NCBI GenBank assembly: GCA_002269645.1
Contig: NIVC01000318.1
Span: forward strand, 34,920-98,919
Direction: 5' to 3'
DNA from: Macrostomum lignano
Lineage: Eukaryota
DNA: 64,000 bases
The position numbers and the translations under genes are program-made. The notes under the pieces were generated by a model. The model had not been told where the DNA came from and made no database searches. It saw nothing but the letters and a program-made list of their open reading frames with translations. This document shows positions 24,527 through 36,664 of this stretch, piece by piece. Numbering within the stretch: position 1 is the stretch's first letter; the number at the start of each line of letters is the position of its first letter.

Positions 24527-24900
24527 ACTACCAGCAGCTAATCCAGCAATATTCGGGGGTGAGGACAGGACACGAAAAGCCTGCACTCTATGGCTGTGGG
24601 AGCTTCCCAGGGATCATGACATACCAGCCTCCGCCAGCGGCTATATCATCATCATCAGCCTCGACGCTTAGCAACGTCAGGCGCAAAAGAAATACTGAAG
24701 CAAGTCCGAAACGATTGAAGAAAAAGAAGGGCACCCGAAAGGCAACTGGTGGAAATCGCAGTAAGAGGTCGAGCAAGGCTAGTGGGAAAAAGCTTAAGAA
24801 TAGGAAGACGAAAGCAAAGAAGAATAGAGCAGGCGGAGGAAAGCGAAAGCAAAAAGTCAGCAAGAAAACTGTGAAACGCGTGCTCGACTCTCTGTCATAG
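24523..24900 (+). CDS. Small K/R-rich putative virion core (DNA-condensing) protein
   Basis: ATG overlaps the previous TGA (ATGA at 24523-24526). Highly basic C-terminal half, LYGCG motif, stop 2 nt before the major capsid ATG. Confidence 0.6.
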   Translation: MNYQQLIQQYSGVRTGHEKPALYGCGSFPGIMTYQPPPAAISSSSASTLSNVRRKRNTEASPKRLKKKKGTRKATGGNRSKRSSKASGKKLKNRKTKAKKNRAGGGKRKQKVSKKTVKRVLDSLS

Positions 24901-24902
24901 AC

Positions 24903-25874
24903 ATGGCTTACGGATTCAATCCCAGACTTGATTTATTTAAGACGCCCGTTCTACAAACCTGCATTGAAAAAGCTACTTATGTTGATATTCACCCAGTTAA
25001 TTCCATTGTTGCAAACTCTCCCATTGAATTTGACTGCCACCAATCTGCCGATGAATACACAGATCTGCTGAATTCTTTTCTTTATATTCGCTGCCGCCTT
25101 GTGAGACTGGATGGGGGTTTGCTGAGGGAGGATGTTCGAGATGGAGATGGCATCATCACCGAGCGCAGAGACAGTGACGTGCACCCAGAAAATTTTGTTC
25201 TGTCTACAGTCTTCTCAGATGTAATTGTGAGCATTAACCAGCGAGTGGTGTCTGGTGGAGACCAGCTCTATCCCTACCATGCGTACTTCAAAGCACTAAT
25301 GAGCTCATCCGATGCCCAGCAACTAAAACTTTACCCTGCTGGCTTCCTGGAGCCGGACTCGGCAGCTGAAGAGCACACGGAGAGCCACAGGGAATCCCGA
25401 TGGATGGAGTATGCGGGGCCGCTCTTCAGCGATGTTTTCCAGTGCCCAGTGTTTCTGCTAAACAATCTGCACTTGAACATCAAACTGGTGCCCAGCGATG
25501 GGGCCTTTGCCATCAGAACCCCGAATGCAAACAACGCGGCATACCGAATGGAAATCTCTCACTGCATTCTGCATCTTCGCCGAGTCAAAGTGGTGCCCCA
25601 CATCAGCCTGGCCCATGAGCAGGGGCTGACAAACCAAAATGCACTGTATCCCGTCGAGCGAACTGAAATGCAGAACTTCATCCTACCCCAGGGTATTCAG
25701 TCAAAAAACATTGAAGGATTCACTCATGGAAAATTGCCGAAGTTCATCATGCTGGCCTTCGTGAGCCACCGAGCATTCAACGGTCATCATCACGCGAGCC
25801 CGTTCCAGTTCCAGAGCTTCAACCTTAGCCGATTGGCTCTAAAGAAAGGTGGGGAAACCGTGTGCCACGGCTAG
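24903..25874 (+). CDS. Polinton major capsid protein (double jelly-roll), C-terminally truncated by the right TIR
   Basis: LDLF.TPVLQT.IE..TYVDIHP...SPIEF...EYTDL..SFLYIRCRL motifs, LPKFIMLAFV, SPFQFQSFNLS. 323 aa; the stop codon is supplied by the TIR junction. Confidence 0.85.
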   Translation: MAYGFNPRLDLFKTPVLQTCIEKATYVDIHPVNSIVANSPIEFDCHQSADEYTDLLNSFLYIRCRLVRLDGGLLREDVRDGDGIITERRDSDVHPENFVLSTVFSDVIVSINQRVVSGGDQLYPYHAYFKALMSSSDAQQLKLYPAGFLEPDSAAEEHTESHRESRWMEYAGPLFSDVFQCPVFLLNNLHLNIKLVPSDGAFAIRTPNANNAAYRMEISHCILHLRRVKVVPHISLAHEQGLTNQNALYPVERTEMQNFILPQGIQSKNIEGFTHGKLPKFIMLAFVSHRAFNGHHHASPFQFQSFNLSRLALKKGGETVCHG

Positions 25875-26040
25875 CCGTCCCCAATGCACAGAGATAGAGC
25901 TCATATCTCTGCAGTGCTTAGCCGTCCCCAATGCACAGAGATAGGGTTCATATCTCCGCAGTGTATTTTTCCCTATACATTTGCATTGCCGCCTATCTCG
26001 CCAGTGCTAGTGCGGCAGTATCATAATTCGCCCTACTACT

Positions 26041-26856
26041 CTGACACAATATTAGCCAGCTCAGTCCTGACACAATATTAGCCAGCTCAGTCCTGACACA
26101 ATATTAGCCAGCTCAGTCCTGACAATATTAGACAGCTCAGTCCTGACACAATATTAGACAGCTCAGTCCTGACACAATATTAGACAGCTCAGTCCTGACA
26201 CAATATTAGACAGCTCAGTCCTGACACAATATTAGCCAGCTCAGTCCTGACACAATATTAGCCAGCTCAGTCCTGACAATATTAGACAGCTCAGTCCTGA
26301 CACAATCTTGGCAGCTCAGTCCTGACACAATATTAGCCAGCTCAGTCCTGACACAATATTAGACAGCTCAGTCCTGACACAATATTAGACAGCTCAGTCC
26401 TGACACAATATTAGCCAGCTCAGTCCTGACACAATATTAGCCAGCTCAGTCCTGACAATATTAGACAGCTCAGTCCTGACACAATCTTGGCAGCTCAGTC
26501 CTGACACAATATTAGCCAGCTCAGTCCTGACACAATATTAGCCAGCTCTCAGTCCTGACACAATATTAGCCAGCTCAGTCCTGACACAATATTAGCCAGC
26601 TCAGTCCCGACACAATATTAGCCAGCTCAGTCCTGACACAATATTAGCCAGCTCAGTCCCGACACAATATTAGCCAGCTCAGTCCTGACACAATATTAGC
26701 CAGCTCAGTCCTGACACAATATTAGCCAGCTCTCAGTCCTGACACAATATTAGCCAGCTCTCAGTCCTGACACAATATTAGCCAGCTCAGTCCTGACACA
26801 ATATTAGCTAGCTCAGTCCTGACACAATATTAGCTAGCTCAGTCCTGACACAATAT
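26041..26856. repeat. 26-bp minisatellite, right part
   Basis: Resumes in register after the TSD. Confidence 0.95.
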
Positions 26857-27344
26857 TGGCAGTCCTTGAACACACGGTGACAAAAAAGCTACTAACAAAG
26901 GGTGTCCAATGCTCCCAAAAGCAGTTACAGATGCCAATAAAGCAACGCTGCACAAGGCAATGCAGGGAGTTTTATTGTCTGAAAAAGGCAGAATCAAATG
27001 TTGTCAACACTGCAGTTGCAGGTGCTACAAGCAAAGCTAGCAGGAAAAAAACTGTGATAGGATCTGCATGAAACAACAGAAAATTCAATTGGTTAGAAAC
27101 AGCGCAGCGGAAACAGTTTTGACCCAAAGCCCCCCACCCCCAACATCATCATTACTCAATTAGCCGAGGTCAATCAATAATCGAAGATAATTTAATCCAC
27201 ACCAAATATAAAATGCAAGCCAGGTGTAAAAAATGAGTTGCTTGATGAAAGTTTGTTTGAATTAAATTGTTTATTTTTGCATCAGAGACAATTTCTAACT
27301 TATAAAAACATAAAAGAACAGGATACGAATATCAGCAATTTCAG

Positions 27345-27555
27345 TATGAGGGAAATTGGGGATTTCAATCTGATGGAAATTGGGGATTTCAATATGAAGG
27401 AATGGGGATTTCAGTGTGAGGGAAATTGGGGATTTCAGTGTGAGGGAAATTAGGGATTTCGATCTGAGGGAAATTGGGGATTTCATTCTGAGGGAAATTA
27501 GGGAGTTCAACTCGAAGGAAATTAGGGATTTCAGTGTGAGGGAAATTGGGGATTT
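27345..27555. repeat. ~24-bp degenerate minisatellite (GAGGGAAATTGGGGATTTCAGTGT)n
   Basis: Direct reading. Confidence 0.8.
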
Positions 27556-27666
27556 CAGGGCATGGGATTAAAGACTCAAACGCAAAACAGGGATTTAAGT
27601 GTAAGCATTATCTGAGCACTAGGATCCGAGACGGGGACGCCATCAGTTCGTTCCCCAATTAGCAAT

Positions 27667-29269
27667 TCACTTCTTGGCGGACAGTCGCACTTTTTTTAGC
27701 GACTTCATCGAGCTGGCGCCGCCGGCCCCGGCGCCGGAGGAGCCATACTCGGCGCTATCGTGACCGGAAGGGGCGGCAGTGGCAGCGGTGGCCGCCTCCC
27801 GCTGGGCGAGCGCCTTGGCCCGCTCGGCCTCGACTCGCTCCTCCACCTGGCGCCTGGCCTGCTGGGCCTGCGCGTGCCTGGCCTCGGCCGTCTCCATCTC
27901 GGAGCACACCAGGCCCAGCGACTGGCGGCAGGCCTCAGACCAGGCCTCCAGGGCTGCCACTAGGCTGGGCAGCTCTTCGGGCGGCACGTCCCGGCCCATG
28001 CAGCTGTACACCTGCGGCAGGGCGGGTGGCGGTAGGGACTGCAGGATTTTATTGGCAATTCTCAGGGGATGGGGCGACTCTTACAGGGGATGAGACGATT
28101 CTCATAGAGGGAAACAATTTTAATAGGGGCTGGGGCGATTCTTACAGGGGATGGGGCGATTCTCATAAGGATGGAGCGACTCTCATAGTGATGGGGCGCT
28201 TCTCATAGTGATGGGGCGATTCTCATAGTGATGGGGCGACTCTCATAGTGATGGGGCGACTCTCATAGTGATGGGACGATTCTTACAGGGGATGAGACGA
28301 TTCTCACAGGGTATGAGACGATTCTCACAGGGTATAAGGCGACTCTCATAGGGATAGGGGATTCTCATAGGGATGGAGTGATTCTCATAGGGATGGGGGA
28401 TTCTCATAGGGATGGGGTGATTCTTCTCATAGGGATGGGGGATTCTCATAGGGATGGGGTGATTCTCATAGGGATGGGGGATTCTCATAGGGATGGGAGA
28501 TTCTCATAGGGACGGGGCGATTTTTATAGGGATAGGGGCGATTCTCATAAGGATGGGAGATTCTCATAGGGATGGGGTGGTTCTCATAGTGGATGGGATA
28601 TTCTCATAGTGGATGAGGCGATTCTCATAGGGATGGGAGATTCTCATAGAGATGGGATATTCTCATAGGGATGGGATATTCTCATAGGGATGGGATATTC
28701 TCATAGGGATGGGATATTCTCATAGGGATGGGGTGGTTCTCATAGTGGATGAGGCGATTCTCATAGGTGATAGGGCGATTCCCATAGAGGATGTGGGACG
28801 TGAGGTGACTCTCGGAGGCTTCAGAGTTCAATCCTGAAACCAAAATCGCCATGGGCACCGGAGACCCACAGACAAAACTGTTAATCCGCGCACTCCTCAC
28901 CTGCAGCAGCTGGTCGCGCTGGTCCAGCTTGCCCTGAAACAGGCCCATAGTGATCATCTCGGCCAGCAGGGACTCGAGCTCTGGCACGCTGTCCAGACCC
29001 AGGCTGGTCAGCAGGCTGGCATAGGCGAGGCTGCGCTGGGTGCGAGCCGCCTGCACAACGCTGAGGCGGCGAAGTTTGCGCAGCTGCCGCGGGCTCAGCG
29101 CTGAGCTGGGGGCTGCAGTGGCGGCGTAGTCAGCGTAGGTGCCGTAGGCGAACAGCCGCAGCAGCTGGTGGGCTGCCGGCGCCTCCGCCTCCAGACAGGC
29201 AAGTCGGGGATCGCTGAGGAGCTCGCCAAATACGTGGACGTCTGGGAGGAGTGGGGCAAATTCGAGCAT
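27667..29269 (-). CDS. COPS7: COP9 signalosome subunit 7 (PCI domain); first exon not located
   Basis: VFGELL, LLRLFAYGTYADY, KLRRLSVV, LESLL..GKLDQ motifs. Donor CAG|gtgagg at 28901/28900 and acceptor at 28012 give exon 28011-27667 (VYSCMGRD..L.AW..C). The true acceptor of the PCI exon is probably near 29243. Confidence 0.85.
28065..28790. repeat. ~20-bp degenerate intronic minisatellite (GGGATGGGGCGATTCTCATA)n
   Basis: Direct reading; inside the COPS7 intron. Confidence 0.9.
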
Positions 29270-30468
29270 AGGGGATTTGTGTAATAATCTAACAGTAGGT
29301 AGATGGAATGCAATGTAACAATGGCGAAAATTGATCTATATTTTTATATTGGTAAATTAGTCTTATATTTAATACTAACATCTATTTTCCCAATTGACTT
29401 TCTCTGTATTGCTTAAGATAAAGTTTGTAATTTTGTTAAAATTAATAAAGAGAATGTTTTATACTTGTTAGTCTAGGTGTCATTTATAATGAAATAATGT
29501 ATTATAGAAAATTAAATATTATTAAATATTAAATATTAAAACATAAAAAATAAAAAATAATTTTATTTTGATCTAATATGTATGCATCTTTGTAACCTGC
29601 TTGAATAAAATTTAAATATTTGAATACAGATATATTAAGTCTCAGTTATTGGGTGGCAATATAAATATGGGAAATGTATATTCCTAGGCCAATAACCATA
29701 TTCATAGCTGTTTTCAACCTTAAAGTTTACAAATCTGTAACTTCCAATTGCCATAACCATAGGTATAGCAGAACTCTAAATAATATTAGCTATATACTAG
29801 GATAGAGTTAATCTTGAATGATTTAAAATATACAAATAATTTACATTAGTTAAGTTTTATGATAGGTTTCTAAAAACTACAACTAAATATACAACTTGTA
29901 AGCCTAAATAATTTATCACGGTAAAAATGACTTTCTGTAAATATTAATAAACAAAAAGTTCTTGACAAATTAACTAACAGTGTATTAATTCCTTGTATTC
30001 AATTGGTAAATGCAACAATAAACTTTAAGGTGCATCTTGATATTGATATAGTTAAAAATTAGAAGTAAAGATAAACTAGGATAAAAATTCGTTCAAGATT
30101 AGATAAAATATTTATTTAAATTTCACTAGGGTCCTATGGTATTAAGATTATAAGAATATGATTAGAATCCAAAAAATATGTTGTCTAATTTCTATATATA
30201 TTAGATTAGACAACATTTTTAAATTAGGGCTTTGCCAAAAAGGGGGTACCATCCAAATGGCCATATATGTAACAGTCACAACAAAAAGGCCATATATAAC
30301 AAAAGTAAAAGTAAATTTTTTACTTTGCATAAGTCTAGAAAGAAATTAAAATACACATCTCTATCTCTAGCTTTGCTACTTTCTATGAAAATAAAATAAT
30401 TATACTAAGCTATATCAAAACATGCTTGGGATTCACTTGGCTGTTTCTATTGGCAACACACATATATA

Positions 30469-31464
30469 CAAGGGGTGTCCAAAAAGTAGTGATACTTTTA
30501 ACCGTAGCTCTCGTTCTATAGCTTCCTGTGATTTAAAATTTTATGAAATAATAGCGGCAAATCTCTTCTACAGACTGCTTTTTGAATTTTTAAAATTGAT
30601 ACCAGAGAACAAAAGTTATACCCATGAAAGTAACAGTACCTGTACCATAGAGTTACACAGATTATAGGCTGAGCTTCACGAGATCCATGCCGAGTAAGCT
30701 TTGATGAATTGTTGATTTCGGCTTGTCCAACCTGTCAGCGATCTCTCTAATGGTCATTCGGGAGTCCTTGTCAAGAAGATTCAGAATGGAGTCTGCCAGT
30801 ACATCAGGTCAATGAATGTATGGCTGCCCCGTCCAATGCTGATCTGCCAGGTCAGTCCTTCCCTTGCTGAACTGTTCCATCCATCGATAAACTGTCTTTT
30901 TGCTGACAACAGAGGATCCATGCGCAGAGCAAAGTTTTGTGTAAATTTCTAGGGCACTATGTATGGCCAGCACCCCAAAGAGTGTAGATGATACTTTGCT
31001 GAGCAACAACTGAGTGCATATCCATGTGTGTCGTCGAGTATGGGCAATGAAAGCATGGATGAATTGCAAAATGCAAGCTCCTCTGTTTGCAAATAAAGTA
31101 ATGAATTTAATGCTTTATCTTTCTGCGCATGATTCTGTCCATAGACAATTTCAGTCAGTCACAGTGAGCATCATTTTGCAATTGGGCTTTGGTATTGCTT
31201 AAACAAGACATTTATTGATGCCTTCTTAATGAATAAGTGCAGAAGTTGACTTTTATAAATTTTGATATAGTTTGTGTAACTCTATGGTACAGGTACTGTT
31301 ACTTTTGTGGGTATAACTTTTGTTCTTTGGTCTCAATTTTAAAAAATTCAAAAAGCAGTCTGTAGAAGAGATTTGCCGCTATCAGTTCATAAAATTTTAA
31401 ATCATAGGAAGCTATAGAATGAGAGCTACAGTTAAAATTATAACTACTTTTTGGATACCCCTCG
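30469..31464 (-). mobile_element. Non-autonomous Tc1/mariner element with ~190-bp TIRs
   Basis: TA|CAAGGGGTGTCCAAAAAGTAG...CTACTTTTTGGATACCCCTCG|TA, long imperfect TIRs. Internal minus-strand remnant SALEIYTKLCSAHG..VSKKTVYRWMEQFSKGRTDLAD matches the mariner N-terminal HTH region. Confidence 0.88.
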
Positions 31465-34400
31465 TATGTCGCTATTGGACAGAATAGTAGTCACGTGACT
31501 GCTCTCAGCCAATAGCGACTTACATGTGTGTGTTGCCAATAAAAATAGCCGGGTGATTCCTAAGATTGCACACATACATGCGCAACCCCCCAGATTTGCA
31601 CTGGCCATGCGACTTACTTTTTGACCAAAAATGCGACTTACCTGTGAAAGAAACCCTAGAGCAACATTAATGCAATTTTGGGTAAACGGCAGGAGTAACT
31701 ATGTCTGTCTTATAAGGGCTAAATGCCTCGTCATTTAATTAGTACTACATCTATATTCTTTGGGGTGGGCATTTTTGCGACTTACCCCTGGTCCACCACA
31801 ATTTACGGTGGCCCAATCGGCCAGGTCGGCCAGCAGTTGCACATGTATGATTGCATATGTATGTATCAAAATGTATCATATATACAAACATGTCGAACTT
31901 ATACTGTTAAATGGATATAATAACAAAAGACATACTTTAAATGCCTACTAATGTCATGAGCTATGCCATTGCATGAGCTATGCCACAACTTTGTACATGG
32001 TATAACAACCAAACAATTGTGGCCATTTTGTCATGTGGCCATTCTGGCCCTATGGCCATTTTGTCATGTGGCCATTCCACATGTGGCTATTTTGACATAT
32101 ATCTATCAAATAATAGATATAGGTTTGTATCCAAGTTTGAATTTAAACTAGTGATAGATCCAAATATTTGGATTTGGATTCCAAATAAAAAAGTCTCACA
32201 CTTTTAGAAATCCAAATGTTATGTATGGATTCAGAAATTTTATTTTCTAAATTTTTTAATGTGCTTCCAAATATGAAAAAATTGAAAAACCAAAACAAAA
32301 TTAAGCTAATTAGCCTTTCCATGTAAAAGAAATACAACTTTTTAAAATAAAGTCAATTAGAAAGATGAGAATGCAAAATTTAATGTAATATTATTTGTTT
32401 TTACAATTGTCTGTTTTTGTATAACATATTATTAAAAAGTGTTAATAAGTAAAGTTACTTAACTTTTAGGATCTTTGAGGCATTTAACCTAAAGTCACAG
32501 AAATATTTAATTGCAGTAATCATTGTTTAAGTTTAATTATCACTTTTTTTCAAAATGCAAATTCAATGGATTTTAAGGTGCACTATACATGGTAAAGTTA
32601 TCAAATTGCACAAACAATGTCAGTTATTATTAGTAATTGGAATTAGTTAGATTAAATATAAAAGAATTGGGTTCAATTTTAAGTTTAATTCAATTCAGAT
32701 ACTATATAAATATAATATAAGCCCGAGATTCAGTAAATTATCAGTAAATTAATGCATAGTACTAATGATTACTAATTAGATGACAAGGGGCAATTCCATA
32801 TAATTATGGTCGTAACATGACAGGCTATTTTTACTTATAAAATGAAATCTAATAATAGAATACACTAAACCAATATTTTAAATGAAAGATTTTTTTGTCA
32901 AGAATATTTTTATAGAGTTTCATGTAGATATCATCATTAATATAGATGCTATTAAACCTTGAATGGCACTTCTGGTCGTAACGACAGGATTTTTGACAGA
33001 TAGAAACTAAAAGGTAAAAGTCTTATAACATTTTTCATTTTTGATATTTTGCAATAAATTTTTTAAAATTCGACTAAGAACATCTTCAGAAATCATACTC
33101 TTTTTGTAGAATATATAAACTCAAAAAGGCAACAAAGATACAAAAGAAAAGGCAGCCTTATGGTCGTAACATTCTGGTCGTAACATATTTTGTTCTGTCA
33201 ATTCAGTAACTTAGAGGTACCAATATATTAAACATATAATTGATTATTTGTTCATCAATACTTTTATCTGATGATGCAAGTACTATACTTTTATCTATAG
33301 TTTGTTTCAACCTTCCAAAGCTTTCTATTTGTTTTTAAAGGTTCACAAACTTAATGATGTCTTTTGCTTAAAAAACTGTCCAAATTTTTACAAAAATTAC
33401 TTTTTGCCACTTGATAACATACTAATCTAACATTTTATTATTCATTTATTCTTAGATTGTAGATGTTACACATAAAAAACATTTGGTAAAAAAATTGGCT
33501 AATCAGGCAGTGGCAAGCAAAAATATTGACTTTTTTCTATTTTCCAAATATGTCTATCTTATATGGAATGAGCCCAAGGCATTTTTGTCACAGAAAGGTG
33601 TTATAGTTACTCTCGCTGTTTACCTTTTACTTTTATCTATATTCGGAAACACATTCAGATTTGGAATTTTTTTGTATATTTGGATTTGGTTTTGGAAACT
33701 TGCAAAAATCTACATTTGGTCCATCACTAATTTAAACTAAAGTTAAATATAATTTTTAAAGCCAAGACATATTTTATATTAAAATAATTATCAAAGTTAC
33801 TTTTAGTTTTAATTTAATTTACTAAACAAGACTAGAAAAATATATAAGTGAAAACCCTAATCCTACATTTTTTACTTTTATGTATATTAATGTCATTTTC
33901 AAAAGAACTGGACCTAGGCTAGATATATAAATTATATCTTTGGTTTAATTTCTCAAGATACCAATTTTAAGTTCAAGATCTAAATGCATTTAGCATAAAA
34001 ACATTGATTGGGATTCTATCTAACATAAAACTAAGGACCTAATAAGAACATTTCGTTATTATTTATATTGTTAGCATTATTCTAGCTAATGAAAAGAATC
34101 TATTTTATGTCTATTTTGTTGATATAGCTAGGTTTTGACTAAAAAAATCAAAATTAATAGGCCTAAATATCAATATAAAGACAAAGTATACCTAACATAA
34201 AATATGATAAGTTAGGCAATCTACTTCAGTTCAGTCTACATCACATCACATAATATCAAGATATTTTTCAGCCCAAATGCCTATTATTAGTAAATTCAAA
34301 GCAGATTAGACTGGTTGGAGTAATCTACTTTAATATCGCCATTATATTAAACCAACCAATCTACTTGTGTTGTTATAATAAAAGTGAAAGCATTTTAATA

Positions 34401-36664
34401 AATCACCTTCATCTGATGTCACATCATTAATCAAATCGACTTTGTCTTGAATAGTAGATGCACTGTCTAGCCTTCGAACATAGTCATCAATAGACATTTT
34501 TACGCTTTCTGGGAATAATATCACAAGTATTAAAACGAAGCAGTGTCACTTGCATATAGTTAGTCAGATTAAATAACAAAGTCTATCTCCTCGTGCCCGC
34601 AGGCTCCGCTGGTCGTTTCTCCGTATGTTAAATCTCACGCCGCACAGATCAGGCAGCTCAGCTTGTAGCAGAAAATGAGGCACATCAGATAGAAACGATT
34701 CGATCCTTTCTATGAAAACTCGTTAAAATGTGACAGTTTAAATGTACGATCATCGTAACTTTTATGGATACCATTTACATGGTTTAAAATGATCAAATAT
34801 TATGGACAAAAGCAAAAAAAATACTTGAAGCGAAAGCAACGCTGAGTAAAATTGCTTGTTAAACTCTATGTGTAACAACTTGCTCATCACGACTTTGAAC
34901 GTTAGAAAGCTAGACTTTGCTCTCACTTTCATTTTAAAAGTTATAAGTGCCATACTGGGTTATAAATAAACTCGCTGACTAAGGATAAACATAGAACATT
35001 CAAAATTTAGTAAGCTTTGTTTGATTGCAGAATCTAGGATTTTAAAGTGTCGAGGTAAAATTACCATGTACATACACATGCACGTTGTCATTATTACACC
35101 TTGACCGAGTGCGGTAGACTGACTGACCATTATTATTAGTTTCGTTCCTCACGCAGTAAATTGGTTTTGAAGATGCTAAGGCTACATAAATGAAGTTATA
35201 TAGTCGCTATTTTGGAATGAGCACCAACTTTTTCAGTTATATATATACCTATTATAGATTGATCGAGCTATATACATCGATAACACCATCAATAGAGCAT
35301 AAGAAAGACAAGTCATATCAAAAAGGGAACTTTAGGTCTGCCTCCTATCAAAAGCAATGACCATTTTTGTGTTGAAAATGAAAACCTATCTCCGTAATGT
35401 ATTTCTTCGGAGGAAATTTTGTCCTCCAAAAATTTCCAAGAAACGTAGTTTCCCGTCCTACTTTAGTAATCATCGAGTAAACAAGGCAACTAGCTCACAT
35501 ATGCTCATCCGCACGGAACTCCTGCGAAATCTAGCGTTCGCACCCCTCAGCGAATCAATCCGTAAGATTTGGAAATCCGCAATTTTTCTTAAATTTTCAA
35601 CCCACAAATAAATGCAGCTACTCTATCAAAAAAACAAAAACAGTCTGATTTCTTAGCCGGTGAAATTCTTTCAATAAAATACGCAGAGCTAGTTCAAGTA
35701 GATTATGTATGTCAACAAACTTGTTCATATATTTTGTAAGTATACCATTAACACGAAAACAGAGTAACAAAGCGAAAACTACAAGTAATGGAGGGTTTCA
35801 CTGATGAAAAGCACTCTAGTTAGTGAAGGAAAGCATCAACTGCCCGCTCGTAACACCAGTTAATCGGAAATCCATTCACTACCACTCAATCCAATAATGA
35901 TCAATAGTGAAAATAACAGTTGGCATTTCTAATTTCTGTCAATTAATGCCGCATGTGACTTTAGAATCGTAAAATAACAAAATATAGAATCAATGATGAC
36001 TCCAGCATGTCTAGGACAAAGTAAGGACGGCACACTGTTGATTCCTGGAATTTTTATAGGCCGCTCTTCTCTTCAGAATTCAGTAGGGAAACAGGAAATT
36101 GTACTGCTTCAATCCAGAATGAGTTAGCTCTATTAATTTAACTTCAGGGAAAAACCGGCCTTCAAAAAGTTACCCCCCCCCTACATGATAGCATGCCGAC
36201 CCGCTTGATTAGTCACTTGTACAGAATTTGTTCTCACTGTAAGCAGTGCTGATCCGGTTAGCTATAGACACATGCGTTTAAATAAAACCTGAAGTCGCGA
36301 TTTCAATCAGGTGACAATATTTCTAAGAAGGCCATAAATCACAAACAAGCGCGCTAAGCAAGAAATATTTACCAGACATAAAAAGTGACTTGCACATTGC
36401 AGTGCGGTCGAATTATTGTCTATAGAAGACGAATTAATTAGTAAAAATAGCGCAGGCCTTGATAATTCTAAGCGATTGCAAATGAGTGCACTCGAACTTG
36501 CGGACTGCACTGTCCGTTTAATAAAATAAACTGGAGAGGCCGAAACAATTGTGAAATTCTGCTTGCTTGTCCCCTTCTCCAGTAGTACTTTTTTTAAAAC
36601 ACCAGCTGAGATAAATTGCAAAACCAGCTTGCATTAACACAGTGCAAAACAAGGATTATAGCTT

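Larger units (their letters stand above)
20575..26040 (+). mobile_element. Polinton/Maverick (adintovirus-like) element, internally deleted
   Basis: Starts AGTAGTAGGGCG and ends CGCCCTACTACT. 169-bp perfect TIR (20575-20743 vs 25872-26040). 6-bp TSD CTGACA (20569-20574 and 26041-26046). Carries integrase, penton and major capsid genes. Confidence 0.93.

Noticed and set aside
34342-34710. Candidate first exons for COPS7 (ORF 34342-34524; MCLIFCYK segment with a GTGAG donor)
   Set aside because: No resemblance to the CSN7 N-terminus, and the required phase could not be shown.
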